Assembly: GCF_000143415.4 (NCBI RefSeq)
Contig: NW_003314268.1
Location: forward strand, 3,046,559 to 3,110,558
Length of the DNA: 64,000 bases
Origin: Selaginella moellendorffii
Taxonomy: Eukaryota; Plantae; Lycopodiophyta
Direction: 5' to 3'
Part shown: positions 48,126-61,931 of the stretch, one piece after another
Layout of the letters: every line of letters begins with the position of its first letter
Numbering within the stretch: position 1 is the stretch's first letter
Notes under the pieces: model-generated
What the model saw: the letters and a program-made list of their open reading frames with translations, nothing else
Database searches by the model: none
What the model was told of the DNA's origin: nothing
Made by a program: the position numbers and the translations under genes

Positions 48126-49237
48126 ATGGCGGCAACTGGCGGTGATGTGCCGTCGCGTGGCGGGAATCCGTGGCGCCATGGAATGCTCGGAATGGATTCC
48201 TGGAAGCTGAATGCGGGCACATTCCGGCAACAGCAGCAGCAGCGAGGATTTCAAGTGATAACGGCAGCTACACGACTGTTCACAGAGCGTGGAAGCCGAT
48301 GGTGAAATTGCGTGGTATAGGGTTCTTGCCTCCTGATTTTCTTGTCGCAGCTGGCCCTGTGGAATTCAATTCCAATCTCAGCATTGTCTTGTATCCCGAT
48401 CCCAAGCTCCGCGGGAGGAACATCCGCATCAATTCCTTCGATGATAATGTCAAGAAGCTTATGCTGGACGTGACGTACAGGTATGTTCCTTGCGAATTTC
48501 ATCACTGTCCAACGTATGCCTTGTCTTTCTTTTCGTTTTTGCCAGGAGAGATGGAGTAGGCTTGTCCGCTCCACAAGTATGCGTCAATGCCAGGCTCATG
48601 GTGTACGTTTTCGTGAATCCAATGATTGCCAAGTTTGGGAAAGAGCGAGAAGCTGATACTTTAGAAGGATGCCTACCTTTTTACAGCACTCAAGCCGATG
48701 TTTAGGTACTATTCCTTTGTACATAGAGATTCTCTTTTATACCTTGCGTCTTTGTTTCCAGAGACTGATATCGATCCGAGTTGAAAGCTCAAGACATCAA
48801 CGGGAAGAAATTTGGTACCGCCTTCAGGGGCTGGACTGCTCGAATTTTCCGACATGAGTATGATCACCTGGAGGTAATGTCTCGTTAGTTTTTTTTCTGT
48901 GCATACATCAAGGTGGCCGTGGTATTTGTTCGCACAGGGTGTCCTTTACATCGACCAGATGACTCCAAAATCACTGAACTCAATTGGACAAGAACTTTTG
49001 ATAAGAGATTCCATAATTGTATGTGCCCTCATGTCGGCTTTGTTTGCAGAATCTGGAAAATTTGAGAAGAGGTCTGGGACGCCTCGTCCCGATGCGGTTA
49101 AAGACAAACTGTTAAGTTTGATTCCGCTCGTCTCGTGCGAAGATGCTCGGTTCGATTACGCGCTCCGTTTTCAACTTACCGGAAACTCCAGCTGGCGAAG
49201 AACAATAAGCCTAAAAGCGAATCCAACCGAGCGGTGA
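48126..49237 (+). pseudogene. PDF1B: Peptide deformylase pseudogene, copy 3
   Basis: GVGLSAPQ, EGCLP and HEYDH present; 36-bp deletion, shared ADV* nonsense, frameshift. Confidence 0.88.
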
Positions 49238-50303
49238 GTGCCTTGCTTTTATTTCCATCGTAGAAGATGGCTAGAAGCTGAACCTTTTCTCCTTTTCTTT
49301 TCTTGTGTGATATTTTTTCAGAGTTTCAGAGTTGACGATCCCGCGCCACACGAACTACCATCTGAAAGCGATATGGCCGACCTTCATATCATCCTGGTTA
49401 ACGCTGAGAAGAGAATCAGAGCACTGACTGCCTCCAAAACTACATCGGTGAAAAAGGCCAGAAGAAGTGTGAAGAAGAAACATGGCCAGCTATGTGAAGC
49501 TCCATTGGGCGGGCCTTTTGTGTTGCCTCTCTCGAGGAGCCCAAGGAGGAGCTCTTGTTTTCCTGAAGTTCTTTCATACCCGACAACGGTTTATAGCAGC
49601 AAGGCTGACGCAATGCAGTTCCGAGGAAGAGTTGTGGCCATCACGGGTTGATAGATGGAGGTTTAGCAGTCCAGATGAAGACCTTTCTATTGGCTCGAGC
49701 ACTTCAGCAGATTTCGGTCAGATTACCGGTCAGAATTCGGTCTTAAGGAGAGAGAGTTTGGAATCGGACCTTTGGGACGACTTCGTTATTCTCCAGTGCT
49801 TTAATTCAAGCAAGATACTCGAGCAACGTTGCGGCAGAAAGAAAGTGCAGCGCTCCGGGCGAGGAAGTGGTCTGAGTCTTCCGGACGGAGGCGCGAAAAT
49901 GAGGATATGTCCGGGAAACCAGGTGTATCAACACAGGGAAGGCCGAGTCGCGACTCAGGAATTCAAACGCAACAACAGAGGTGGCAGCGAAAGTTCCGAA
50001 AGATCAGCGTCCGGAATCGGGAGAAGCAACTAGACGACGGCCAGGATGTTGAGATCGGCGTGGAAGGCTAGCAGGCAAAGTACACAGTGTGGGCGCTAAC
50101 CTCGTGTTTTTGCAAACACTTGCAGGAGGATACGAGCGGGATTGAAGTTTCCGCGGTTGCCGAGTTGTTTCCAGAAGACTTAGCACTCTATAAAATCCTC
50201 TTTTTGATGAGGAGTTGTGGTAAGTCGGAATTTCATGTTTTAAAGCTATCCTCTTATTCTTCTCTTCGCTCTTGAACTTCGACATTGTGAGGCTTTTTCC
50301 AGT

Positions 50304-52018
50304 ATGGGCACTCGTGTCGCAGATGATAGATGCTATCTCGTAGCACACTATACGAGCGTGTGGTCGTACCTGTGGCCTCACATCTCGCATTCTTTGGACG
50401 TCGGGAGTGTGAACTTGGATTGGAGGGCGAGATTTTCTCTGTTTATGCTCTGGAGCGTGAGGTCTGTCTCTCAACCGCTGAAGCACTTTGGAAGATGGGT
50501 GGAGAAGGCAATTAACCTTTGTGCATCCAATGGAGGAATTCTCAGGACCTTGTATACTCTTTCGATGGATCCACAAGGTAACTAGAATTGATTTCACGGT
50601 TTTGACTTTTGTTTGTGTGCTGTTCTTCCAGCGCTTGTTGATCCTTCCGAGGATTCGGAGAGCTACCTAACTTTCAACGGCCACATGGAACCAAGAATCA
50701 GCCTCCTCCAAGCCCCTTCGTCTCAGCGTCTGTGTCTTTCATGTCCAGACTCCAAAGCGGTAGCAGATGTTTGTGCTATGGCGTCTAAGGTTGCGTATGA
50801 GAACCCGAAGTTCATCGAATTTGTCGTGAATCAGAATTGGAAGGTAAGTCCAAGCCTTGCACAACCTCTGGCTCCATCAGCTTCTCCTTCGCAGATGCAT
50901 CTACTAGGAACTTACAACTGTTGGAACGGTAAGAGGTCGCTATCCAGTTTCATCTGACGTTGCCCTCACCCTTTCATGCTACAGAGTTTCAGAAAAAAAA
51001 CTCGACTCAAGCATTCATCTTCGCGGACCGGGAAACTGACGCCGGAGCCATCGTTCTTGCCTTCCGGGGAACGGAAGCCTTCAATGCATACGACTGGTGC
51101 ACAGACTTGGATTTCTCCTGGTACGAGCTCCCGCAGCTCGGCCGTGTCCATCTCGGATTCCTCGAAGCACTGGGGCTGGGCGACAGGAACAGGATGCAAA
51201 GCTTCCAGAGGTTGAAGCAGAACATCTACGAGAACTCGAGGACTCCGTTGCCACAGAGTCCAACATCTGTATTACCCGACTTTGTCCTCAGCGATGAGAC
51301 GAAGCTGCTCGCATACGACCACATCAGTGCGGAGCTCGTCACCATCCTCCGGAAACACAGCACCGGTCACAGCCGCGGCGCTCTGGCGACTCTCTTCACC
51401 GCCATGCTCTTCTACAACCGGGAAGAGAATCGAGTTTTTTACAACACCGAGGACGACGTTGCCAGGAGGCTCGCGGCGCTCTATACGTTTGGCCAGCCCC
51501 GCGTTGGGGACAAGAGCTTTGCGTCCGTCATGGACACCAGCTTAAACAAGCCAACCATGAGGTACTTTAGAGTTGTCTACAATAACGATATGGTAGCTCG
51601 AGTTCCCTTCGACAACTCTCTGTTTGGCTTCAAGCATTTCGGGAATTGCTGCTACTTCACTTACAACTACACCCTCCAGGTACTTTACTTCGAGACACTG
51701 CTCTCTCTGTAGGATCCATATTAACGTTCTGCACAGATCCTTCCAGACGAGCCATTTCGCAATTTCTTCTCCCCGGTTTACATGGTGCTGTCCCGGCTTT
51801 ACGCGCTGTTCGAGCTCGTCCAGAGCTTCTTCATGAGCTATAGATATGGCGGGGAGTTTAGCGAGACGAGGTTGTCCACTGTGGCAAGGATTGCAGGCTT
51901 GCTCGTGCCTGGGATCGCCGGCCACAGCTTGGTGAATTACATCAACTGCGTCAGGCTGGGGCCCGACCATCTCGATCCGGCGTGCCTGCAAAACACGCAG
52001 TGGGATAAATCCCAGTAA
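50304..52018 (+). CDS. Class-3 lipase, copy 3; open 498-aa frame but catalytic elbow remodelled, probably inactive. Exons 50304-50577, 50632-50843, 50895-50928, 50985-51679, 51737-52018
   Basis: All splice sites intact; 18-bp and 3-bp in-frame deletions turn RKHRNAKLYITGHSLGGALA into RKHSTGHSRGALA. Confidence 0.75.
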
Positions 52019-52387
52019 GCATCGCAACTTCGTACATGTCAAATAAAACTTACACATGGTGTCACTCAGAAAATATATAAAATGAACACAATTACATTGC
52101 CTTCAAAACCGAATGCACAATGGAATTCTCTGTATGGAGACAGGGCTATTACTGGTGAAAGTGCAAGCATGGAATGAAACAATGCAATTTATCCTTACCA
52201 CCCAGAAAGGAACCATAGACAAAGCACTGATGATCGAATCTATCCACCTCGACTATGAGTTCCACAAAAGATGGTGGCATGACTGTGTGGCTTGTTGCAA
52301 TCAGATGTCCTCTATTTCTTAACTACAGCTCTAACTCTACAATATCTTTCTACTCCAAATTGCCACATGTGCATGGAGATCTTTCTA

Positions 52388-52601
<214 letters not shown>

Positions 52602-52703
52602 GATAAACTAATCTCTCATAGAGCTAGTGATTAAAAAATTTAAATATTTTTTATTTTCTTCTATATACAAAAAATCTCTAAATTTTATTTAAAATTCATT
52701 TTA

Positions 52704-53591
52704 ATGTCTATACTTTTAGTTCTTTTTATTTTAGTTATACATTGTAGAATTGTATTTGGTAAAATAGATATATATTGGGGTAAAAATAATTCACTTACTG
52801 AGGAAGATATTAATATAATTTTACACAATATAAAAAGACTTGCACTAAAATTACATGAATCTCATCTTTATCCAAAAAATTATATTGATAATGATTTAAT
52901 AGATATTGATGGAAGAGGTGTTGTTATAAGAATTGAACATTTAACGAGAAGTACTCCATATTGTTCTACAACTGGAAAACCGGTTTTAAATGATTCTCTC
53001 CAAAAATTAATAAATGAAATAATTAGAAAAGTAATAAATGGTTTATTGCAAGCACTTTCTAGTGAATGTAGAATTGTGTCTAATAATTATCTTATTTGAT
53101 ATATATTAGTAACTCATTGGAAACCCTTAAATTATTTAGAAAATATAAATATTGTGTTCAAATATTTTTAAAATTGTGATATTACTTTGACTACTTTAAG
53201 TGCTGGTTTCTTTGATCATATTTTATATAAATTTTTATATAAAAATTTTTATTTTTATATAAATTTTTACAATCCCCAATTCGTATGAATATACTATATA
53301 TCAAAATGAATTGTAAACTTGCATTTTTCTGGAAAAACTAATTTATGGGAATCTCAAAATAATGAATATTTTGGAGAGTGTTTTTTAGATCTGCAAAATG
53401 ATGGAAATTTAGTGTTTTACACTTATAAATTAAATGTATTATGGTCTCCCAATATTGTTATGAGAAACCAAACTGTTTACTTTTAACTTATATTACAGTT
53501 GAAGATAATTGTAAACTGGTGAGTTACTTGACAACATATCCAAGCAGAGTGGACATTAGATTATTCTAAACATATTGGCTGCTTAAGCTAG
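52704..53591 (+). pseudogene. Secreted B-lectin-domain protein, copy 3 (disrupted)
   Basis: TGA at 53097-53099 (CGA in copy 2), further stop and frameshifts. Confidence 0.88.
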
Positions 53592-53842
53592 AATTGTCTT
53601 ACTGAATAGAAAATAATTTGCTCTTCAAAATGCAATAATATTTACAAGAATTGAAGAATCGTCCTCTTCATTCCTCTTTACCTTCAGAACTAGCAGCCAA
53701 GGGGGACATAACTAGAAATCATGTGGGCTTGCCTGCGCTGGTTTGAATCCAACCTTGATTTTCTTCATTTTCTTTTAATCACCTTACTTTGTTTATGCAT
53801 TTTGTGCAAGTAAAACACACAAAAGTAAAGAGACCAAAGTAA

Positions 53843-54337
53843 CTAGTCCACATCGTCCTTAATTTCTTCATCATCTTCAAACACTTTGTCATTCCCCCTG
53901 GCGTCGTCCATCAAATCATCCCGCGTCTCCTCGCTATCTTCCTGGATCTTGTGCTTGATTATCACTTTCCTCCCCACCAAGTTTGTCTCCACCACCGCCA
54001 CCTCTTGTATCCTCATCATGCCACTCGATGTTCGTCCTCCTCCTCCTGCTGCCACTGTCTTCTTTCTCTTGGCTTGCAGCACTGCTGTGGATGCCGGCCT
54101 TGAATTTCCTCCTCCTCCTCCCAGCCTCATCTTTCCCTTCCTGGGCCCCTGGACCAAATGCTCTGGATCACTGCCATCGCTAAACTCATCACTGCCATTG
54201 TGCTCCACCATCTCCTTCTTGACATGCCCCCTCTTGAGATGGAGGTTGAGCTTGTAATTGTAGAAGTAGTGCTTGTCACAACCTTTGTAAGGGCACGTGA
54301 ATGGTTGACTGCTGCCGGTTGCTGCTGCTGGTTAGAG
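53843..54337 (-). pseudogene. 3' fragment of YY1-like gene, copy 3
   Basis: PFTCPYKGCDKHYFYNYKLNLHLKRGH finger plus tail with EDSEET and EDDEE. Confidence 0.75.
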
Positions 54338-54621
54338 AAAATCCAGGAAGGGACTTGATGTATGCTCATTCTCTTCTGAACAATGGATACAATCTAAGCA
54401 GCATCTGAAGAATTTCGGGATGTACAAATGGTGAGACACAAGTGATGGGACAACGACGATGATGGTGACAATGGCTTACCTTCTTCTCTAAAGGAAACAG
54501 AAGGGAGGAAAAAATCCACCAACATCAAGTCTTCGTTGTTTTTGCAAGTGCAGTGCAAGTTCTAGTGGCATTTTGCTCAACCAATGTGACGATCTAACTT
54601 GCTTAAGGTGCTTGATTCATA

Positions 54622-54949
54622 TTCTCTTTAATGGGTTTAATGAAAACTAAACCAAATAAAGGGAGAGAACCACCATAAATGGTTTAAAATGTCTCTAAGT
54701 TGGAGAGACTATGCTCTTTAGAAGATGGACAAGGTATAGTGAGCCTTTAGTGTGAAACTATTGACAAATATTGGTTAGGTATTAAGAATGAAAAAAATTG
54801 GTAATCCATGATGAGTTTACTTTATAAAATGTTTTATCATTCAATAAGAACATCAAACTTTGTATATAGGTGGTGGAGTTGTGAGACACAAATCTCTAAT
54901 CCCCAAAGTTAGACAGAAAGGGTGCCATATGGTAGTGGTTGAAGCAATA
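54622..54949 (+). mobile_element. Old truncated family-A element, copy 3 (LTR starts at 54880, cut by A2)
   Basis: Homologue of 11010-11340. Confidence 0.85.
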
Positions 54950-57701
54950 TGTAAGCGACTAAATTTTCCATTCTACTTTAGTCACTTAACCACACCTTTG
55001 ACCACTTGGGGGAGTCTCATTCACAACCTCCTTAAGTCCAATTCAGGACTTGGGACTTGCTAGTCCCGAGGATGGCATCTATGCCACTCATCCTTTGCAC
55101 TTAGTCCAAGTGCTCCACGTGTCCAGTCCCAAGACTGACACCCAAAGGTACCACTGACATATCGGCCCGTTACGCTAAGGCCATACCCATTCATCTTTGC
55201 CGCACTAGTGGTCTAATACCACTTGCATCACAATCCTGTCTCTCCAAGAGTGGGCCATTCGTTCACAAGTGGTCAACCCAGATCCACTCCTTAGCATCTT
55301 TAGGATGCCCACCGACATGGGGAATAGCCTTCCCCAATATCCCTTTGTCAATTCCTACCAAGTCCCTTTTCTGTCCATGGCCATGTTCACCGACACTGCC
55401 ACTAGATCAAGGCCCACAGGCCCGACCACTAGGTCCCATGGTCCTCTGGGACTTCCTCACCATGTGACTGTATCCTTAGTCACTACACTAGAGGACTGCT
55501 CTTCCTCCTTTCCCCCATTTGGGACTCCGGGGCAACGTTTCGGAACACCGTGGGCCTACGCGAGCCCCGTGGGTACTCTCCCCACCTTCCTCCTTTAGGT
55601 GCTCTAGCCATGGGCTTAGAGGAGGTTCCGTTGAGCCACGCCTGGTATCTAAGTAGGTAGTGCCACCCACACTTGGACTGGGAGCATCGGCCAGTCGATC
55701 TCCCGGGGGAACTAGAGCCAGCTCTTGAACACTTGACCAAGCTACCCCGCTTGTCGGTCTGTATTCACTCTAGTCTTGGACTTCCCAGTGGTCAGTTCAT
55801 CACCCAACACTGAGTCCGGCCTTTCTGGGCCAAACTGGACTTTCTTGGCCAAACTGGCTCCACTACAGTCCTCCCCCTTACTATACTTTTGGAGCTCACC
55901 AAACCCCCCAGGGTCTGGGAGACGAACGCTTTGGGCTTTCACCCTCTCAGACTTGAACTCAGACTTGGACTTGAACTTGGACTCAGACTCGGACTCGGAC
56001 TCGGACTCAAACTCGGACTTGGGCTCGGGCTGGGTCTCGGCCTCGGTCTCGGTCTTGGTCTCGGTCCCAGTCTCGGTTTCGGTCTCAGTCTCAATCCCGG
56101 TCTCGGTCTCGACCTTAGACTCCATCTCGGGTCCTTCTCGGACTCCATCTCAGATTCCATCTCGGGTCCATCTCGGACTCCATCTCAGTCCATCTCGGAC
56201 TCCATCTCGGACTCCGTCTCGGTCCATCTCGGACTCCATCTTGGACTCTGTCTCGGTCCATCTCGGACTCCATCTCGGACTCCACCTCGGACTCCATCTC
56301 GGACTCCACCTCGGACTCCATCTCGGACTCCGTCTTGGTCCATCTCGGACTCCATCTCGGACTCCAACTCAGGTCCATCTCGGACACTTCCATGTGTCAT
56401 GTGTTGGTCCTTTTGGGTCCCTTTTTGGAGCCTCGCTTATTGCTCGCTTCGTGCTTGTTCCTCGAGCACTTTGTTGGGAGTTCCACTCCCGCTCTCGACC
56501 TTTTAAGTCGGAGCTTTTAGTCCAAACGTGTCACGCTCGTTTGGCTTTCGCTTCGACCACTACCACGTGGCACCCTTCCGGCTCCACTTTAGGGCCTAGG
56601 GATTTTGTGTCTCACAACTCCACCACCCATAGACGAAGTTCGATGTCCTCATCGAATGGTAAACCCTTTTATAAAGTAACACCCGTAGGTATTACCATTT
56701 CCATCTTTGGCACCCAACCAATATTTGTCTATGGTTTGACCCCGAAGGCTCACCATGCCTTGTCCATCCTCTAAGGAGCATAGTCTCTCCAACCTAGAGA
56801 CTCATTTGACCACCTAGGGTGGTTTGCTCCCTTTTATTGGTTCAGTTCTCACTAAACTTGTTAGAGACACCCTCTCTAACTCAATTCCACTACTCATTCT
56901 CGAGTAGTCTCAGATTCCATGAACATAACCTTGGCACTTGGAACTTTTAATTTTGACTTCTCAGAGTTAATTTCCTAGGTGTCTCCGACACCTTACGTTG
57001 CACATGGTGCAACTCCACTTCCTTATCCTAGGAAGTTCTTTACTTGAGGGTACCATCATCCTCTCTTCGATATCGTGCCACCTTTGGCACTAAGTTCCAG
57101 TTATCATAATTGGTGCTAGGGCTACCCACGGCCCTATTATTTGGCTACTTTACCGCTCCCCCCTTTGAAGCATCCACTTTTGCCAAATCGGAGCAATTGG
57201 GAATCCACCCTTGGGGAAACATTGCCTTTCCCACAATCCGTTAGCACCCAACACATTAGTGTTCTTGGCCTAACTTTGCCATTTGGATTCTTTCTCATGA
57301 TTCCTATGGCTCTTTTCTTAGCCACTAGTCTTTTGCTAGGTCCAGAGTGTGTTCACCCCTAGTACGTCTCTTTAACATTTTCTACTGTAGGCTCTATCCA
57401 CGGCCCAGCTTTTGAGACCCTCCCTTGGATCTCTTATAGAGACTACTATCCTCGGAGTTGCTATGCCATAGCATTGACATGGCTCATTTCCCTTAGGTGT
57501 TCTTCCCACTTGGTCCCTTTGACCAAGCCACACCATTACTAATAGTTCAAATCAACACTTTGAACTAGGAATCATATTCCTTAACCCAAACAAAGACCTT
57601 GTCCTTGTTTAGCCACAAGATCATCTAGTGATCTCATCTTGACCCCTTAATAGATCTACCAATAGGAACTAAGTCTTCCAGACCCTTCTAAGTTGTTGAC
57701 T

Positions 57702-58110
57702 ATGACCCCGGGGGCATCCCCCACACTTGGCGGTGCACCCAAGCCAGCCCTTCTGGCCAGGGATCCATAGCAACTAAGACTTGAGTGTCCCCATCTCATT
57801 CACCACGTCCTTGGTGCCCTTTGCACCAAAGTGTTCAAGTTAGATATGCCGGGCTTTCACTCTAAGCAATCTAACCATGCATCACGACTCCGAGGCATCC
57901 CTTGCTTGGCGGTATGCCCAAACCAGTCTCCTCACTGAGAGTCCATGACCACCGAAATATGAGTGTCCTCATATTCCAAACCATCACCACGCCCTAGTGA
58001 TTTGGCCCAAGCATTAGAGGGTTGGGACTCGAACCCAACCTTTGTATATGCATCTACGGACGGCATCACCCTAGATGCCTGGTGTAACTCCCTATACCGG
58101 TGCACCAACT
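57702..58110 (-). ncRNA. Second copy of the putative structured RNA domain (A2 interior)
   Basis: Homologue of 30961-31375 with most stems retained. Confidence 0.5.
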
Positions 58111-59393
58111 TATACTTAAAGCGCGTTATAGATCACAGATTAGGAATCTAGTTCCTCCACACTGTCAAGTCCTCTCACTTGACATGTCTGTGATCATGCA
58201 TAGACTCCTCCATGCTTGGCCCCATGGCCCACCCTTTTGAAGTTATCACCTTCAACTAGGGTATTTGTTCCCCCGTCTTACCAATCTCGCTTGGCAAGTC
58301 CTCCGACCACCGTAACATAGTTCCTGCATAAACGTGAAAGTCTTTGACCATCGACTTTCGTTCAACCTTGGACAACCTGTCTTCGCAACCTTGGACATTT
58401 GGATAGGACCTTCTATCCATCATTCGCTAGGGACTTAGTCCCTTGGGCTTTATTTATTGCCCTCGCGACATCAAACACCACCTCCTGGTGTCCTAGAGTG
58501 TTTTCGTGTCCCAAATGATAGCCTGTTTGACAATGAGTATTCCCTTTTATGACATTGATTTACTATATCGCAACATAAGAAATTTATCCCTCGTAAGGGT
58601 ATATCTAACTTCCTTATGCCATTAAAAAGTCTTGGGTAGCTACCTTTTACTAGTTTAACCAATTATCTTGCACCTTTTGCTTAGTTGCCTTATAATTGTC
58701 AAGTCCTACAACTCATTGTTGGTGCTTCCACACCTCCATCATTGTTTTGGTCACCACACTCTACCATATGCCTTCCAGCTTAGGCTATGCCATTCCCATT
58801 TCCGTTGGGATTCCCTTAGCAAAGGGTTTTTATAAACCCACCAACATAACCTCAAAGTATCACACCTTGGCACATTTGGTGTCTCCACACCATTGGCCCC
58901 ATAAGCCTATCTTTATGACACTACTTATTAGTGTCTAGGTCTTTGCCAAGACCAATATAGTTTTGCCTCATGCTAACTATCCGTTAGCACCGCACCATAA
59001 TGTTTGTCCCCAACTCTGGGCCAAAGTTGCTTTCTTCTGGGAATATCTTTCCCACAACTTTAGTATGGCACATTCTGCCATCAATGAGATATCTCCTGTT
59101 CTCATACTTGGATCTTATGATCCTCCCCATACCTCATGGGGCGCCATACACCTCAATTTAAATGCTTCAACCAATCCTTTAGGAGCGTTCCCTGACCCCA
59201 CTTGAGTCATCCAGCATTTTTGGACTTCGCTAAACTAACGACCCATAAGGTCTTATTTTTGAGGTGCCAGCTCACTCGAATACAATTTCATGTATTCATG
59301 TCCTACTCATAAGGACCATCTTGCAAATGTTACTCCAACACTTCATTATTTCCCGTTCTCTATGGGTTGCCTTTTGCCCCTTAGGACTATCCG

Positions 59394-61931
59394 CATAGTT
59401 ACGAACACGAACACGGAACACGAACACAAGCCTCAGATTTCAGGAACCCGAACATGGAACACGATCACGGCCCACGATGGCTCACGAATATTCTACTGAA
59501 TATTCTAAGATTATGTTATTTAAAAATTATATTCTATTTCTTATTATATTATTATAGGAATATGCTATATTTTATTATATTATTCTTAATATTTTTATTT
59601 GCACATAAACTACTTCACACTTTTAAACTACTCAAATATCCTGCATCTCATCGTCATCTTCAACCTCATGATCTTCGACCTCACGATCTTCGACATCATC
59701 TCCATCTTCCTCTTCCTGTCCTGACTCAAGCTCGTCTTCAGGATGAGGAACTGTCTCCAGGACTTTGTAGCTTACAAACTTGTCGTAATCACGATCATTT
59801 TTGCAGGTTAACAACCTGGTGTTGCAAGCCACAAAAACCAGATCCGCTGTCCTGTCCATGGTAAGTCTGTTCCTCTTTTTTGAAGAAACATGCTCGAAAG
59901 TACTGAACAATCTCTCCACCGAGGACGACGAGCATGCCTGACTTAGAACTCGAATGGCCAACTTCTGAAGAGCTGGAGTTTCATAACCATAGTCCTCCCA
60001 CCAACGTACAACTCCCCTCTTAGTGCGATCAGCCTTAGCATCATATGAGTTGAAAATGCCTCCTATCCTCCGGTAAGTTAAAAGCTCATCACGTATCACA
60101 TCCCTCTCATTGGATGTAAACATGGCCAGCAGATAAGCATTCCAGTCCTTCATGACCTCTCTGTTAGCATGCTTTTCATACTCCTGAAACTCAGGGTCCA
60201 ACATGTACGCCACCGAGTGCATGAGCAAGTGATACTCATGCCACCTATTAGACATGATCTGATGAAGTTCCCTGTACCTGCCATAATCCGACTGTCCTTC
60301 CTCTAAACTTGCATCCAACCTGTTCATGCACTCATATATCTTTCCAATCGCAGGTATATCACCGTCCACAACACGAAGAAGCAGCATAACATCCTTGGAC
60401 ACCTCTAGCATGTCCTTAACCTGTTGCCAGAAACTGTCATCAAAAACCGTTGCATAACTATCCCTTCCTGCTCTCGACTTCGACTCAGGCCTTGCTCTGT
60501 ACGCAGGGCATATGAACATCTGTTGTAAAGCTTCTCGGAGCTCCACCAGCCTCTCCATCATAATGAAGTTGTAGCCGAACCTGGTATCACAATAACGCAG
60601 CAATCGCTTGTGAGTAAACTCCGCCAGCAGTGCCACTATATGAGAGTGGTTTCTAACGAAGATCACCAAAGACTTTCCATGCTCCAGAAGTGTTGCCATC
60701 CATGGAAGTACACCGAAGTCTTTCAAGGCATTGTTCAAGCAATGGGCAAAACATGCTGCCCATTGAATTTTCGGGTACCTCTGTTGCAAAAGTGCTGCTG
60801 CTGCTCTGTTTGCATTTTCCCCATCGGTCACAACCATGACAACGTTCTCTGCACCTACAATGTTAATGCCTTCTTCCCAGCAGCGCAGGGTATTTTCAGC
60901 TGTTTTTCCTGTTAAGGAAATGTCGATAGCCTTCAAAAAAGCTCCTCGTCCTTGACTATATGCCACAAGCCCCATGATATGCCGATTCGTCCTATCTGCC
61001 CACCCGTCTGCGCATATGGTTGCACCCCTCTGCTCCCACTGCTTCCTCAAGGATGCCATCTCAATGTCAATGAATCGTTTCTCTTTCACCAAAAGCTTAT
61101 CCCGGAGATCATCATATTTTGGTGGTGCATAAGGCACACCATGCCTGGCAACTTCCTGTATCATGTTGAGGAAGTAAGGTGACCGAGCCTTGACAAATGG
61201 AATGTGTTCATTCCAGAAAAATCTTCCAATAGCCACATCAACTCAGTTCTTCCGCTCAGGATCCATCGAATCAACAATATGGACTTGACTCTGTTTGCTA
61301 AAAAACAGGGAACTGCAGCCACTTCCACTTGACTGGGATGATACCACCAGTGGAAATCCTTGGACATTGCCATCCATTCTCATAGAAGCACCACCAGATT
61401 CATTCGGCCGTTTCTTCCCCCTTGCCCCTTTCTCGGAATCAATAACCTTTTGCATATTGAGTAGATCCGCTTTCTTGTTACCTGGGATGAGAGGACAACT
61501 CACAATATCCTTGCTGCCTGGGCCTTCTCCTAACAGATGAGCTCACACACGATCAACACCACTCAGTTTGTTCACCATTGGGCAGTATTTGCATGACCAT
61601 AATTTGTGGCCATGCCCCCTGCTCTCAAGAACACTTACCTCATCCCACCATCGCGAAGAAGGATGCTTTCGCAGTATGCTGGATTGCTGCACCATGCTTG
61701 TTTGCCTTGGATTGCTGCTGCTGTGCCCTAAAATGGTGTGCCCTAAAATGGTGTGCCCTGGCTGCCGTGCGCCCTAAAACCAGAATATTCCGCGCGAGAA
61801 TATTTTGAACAGTGGTCCGTGTTACTAACACGGACCACTGTTCATGAACACGGCCGTGGGAACACGACCCATGGCCGTGTTTGTGAAACACGGTGAACAC
61901 GGCCGGGATCCCGGCCGTGTTCGTAACACGG
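59394..61931 (-). mobile_element. hAT DNA transposon, 2538 bp, full length
   Basis: 8-bp TSD ACTATCCG (59386-59393 and 61932-61939); 16-bp TIR CATAGTTACGAACACG / CCGTGTTACGAACACG; AACACG subterminal repeats; empty site in A1 at ~33296-33310. Confidence 0.95.
59632..61695 (-). pseudogene. hAT transposase (BED finger, DUF659-type catalytic region, C-terminal dimerisation domain); 687 codons with two in-frame TGA
   Basis: WSCKYC...RV*AHL...C BED finger; ICADGW, CFAHCLN, DTRF and WWEDYG...LAIRVLSQACSSSSVERLFS motifs; stops at codons 51 (61545-61543) and 151 (61245-61243). Confidence 0.92.
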
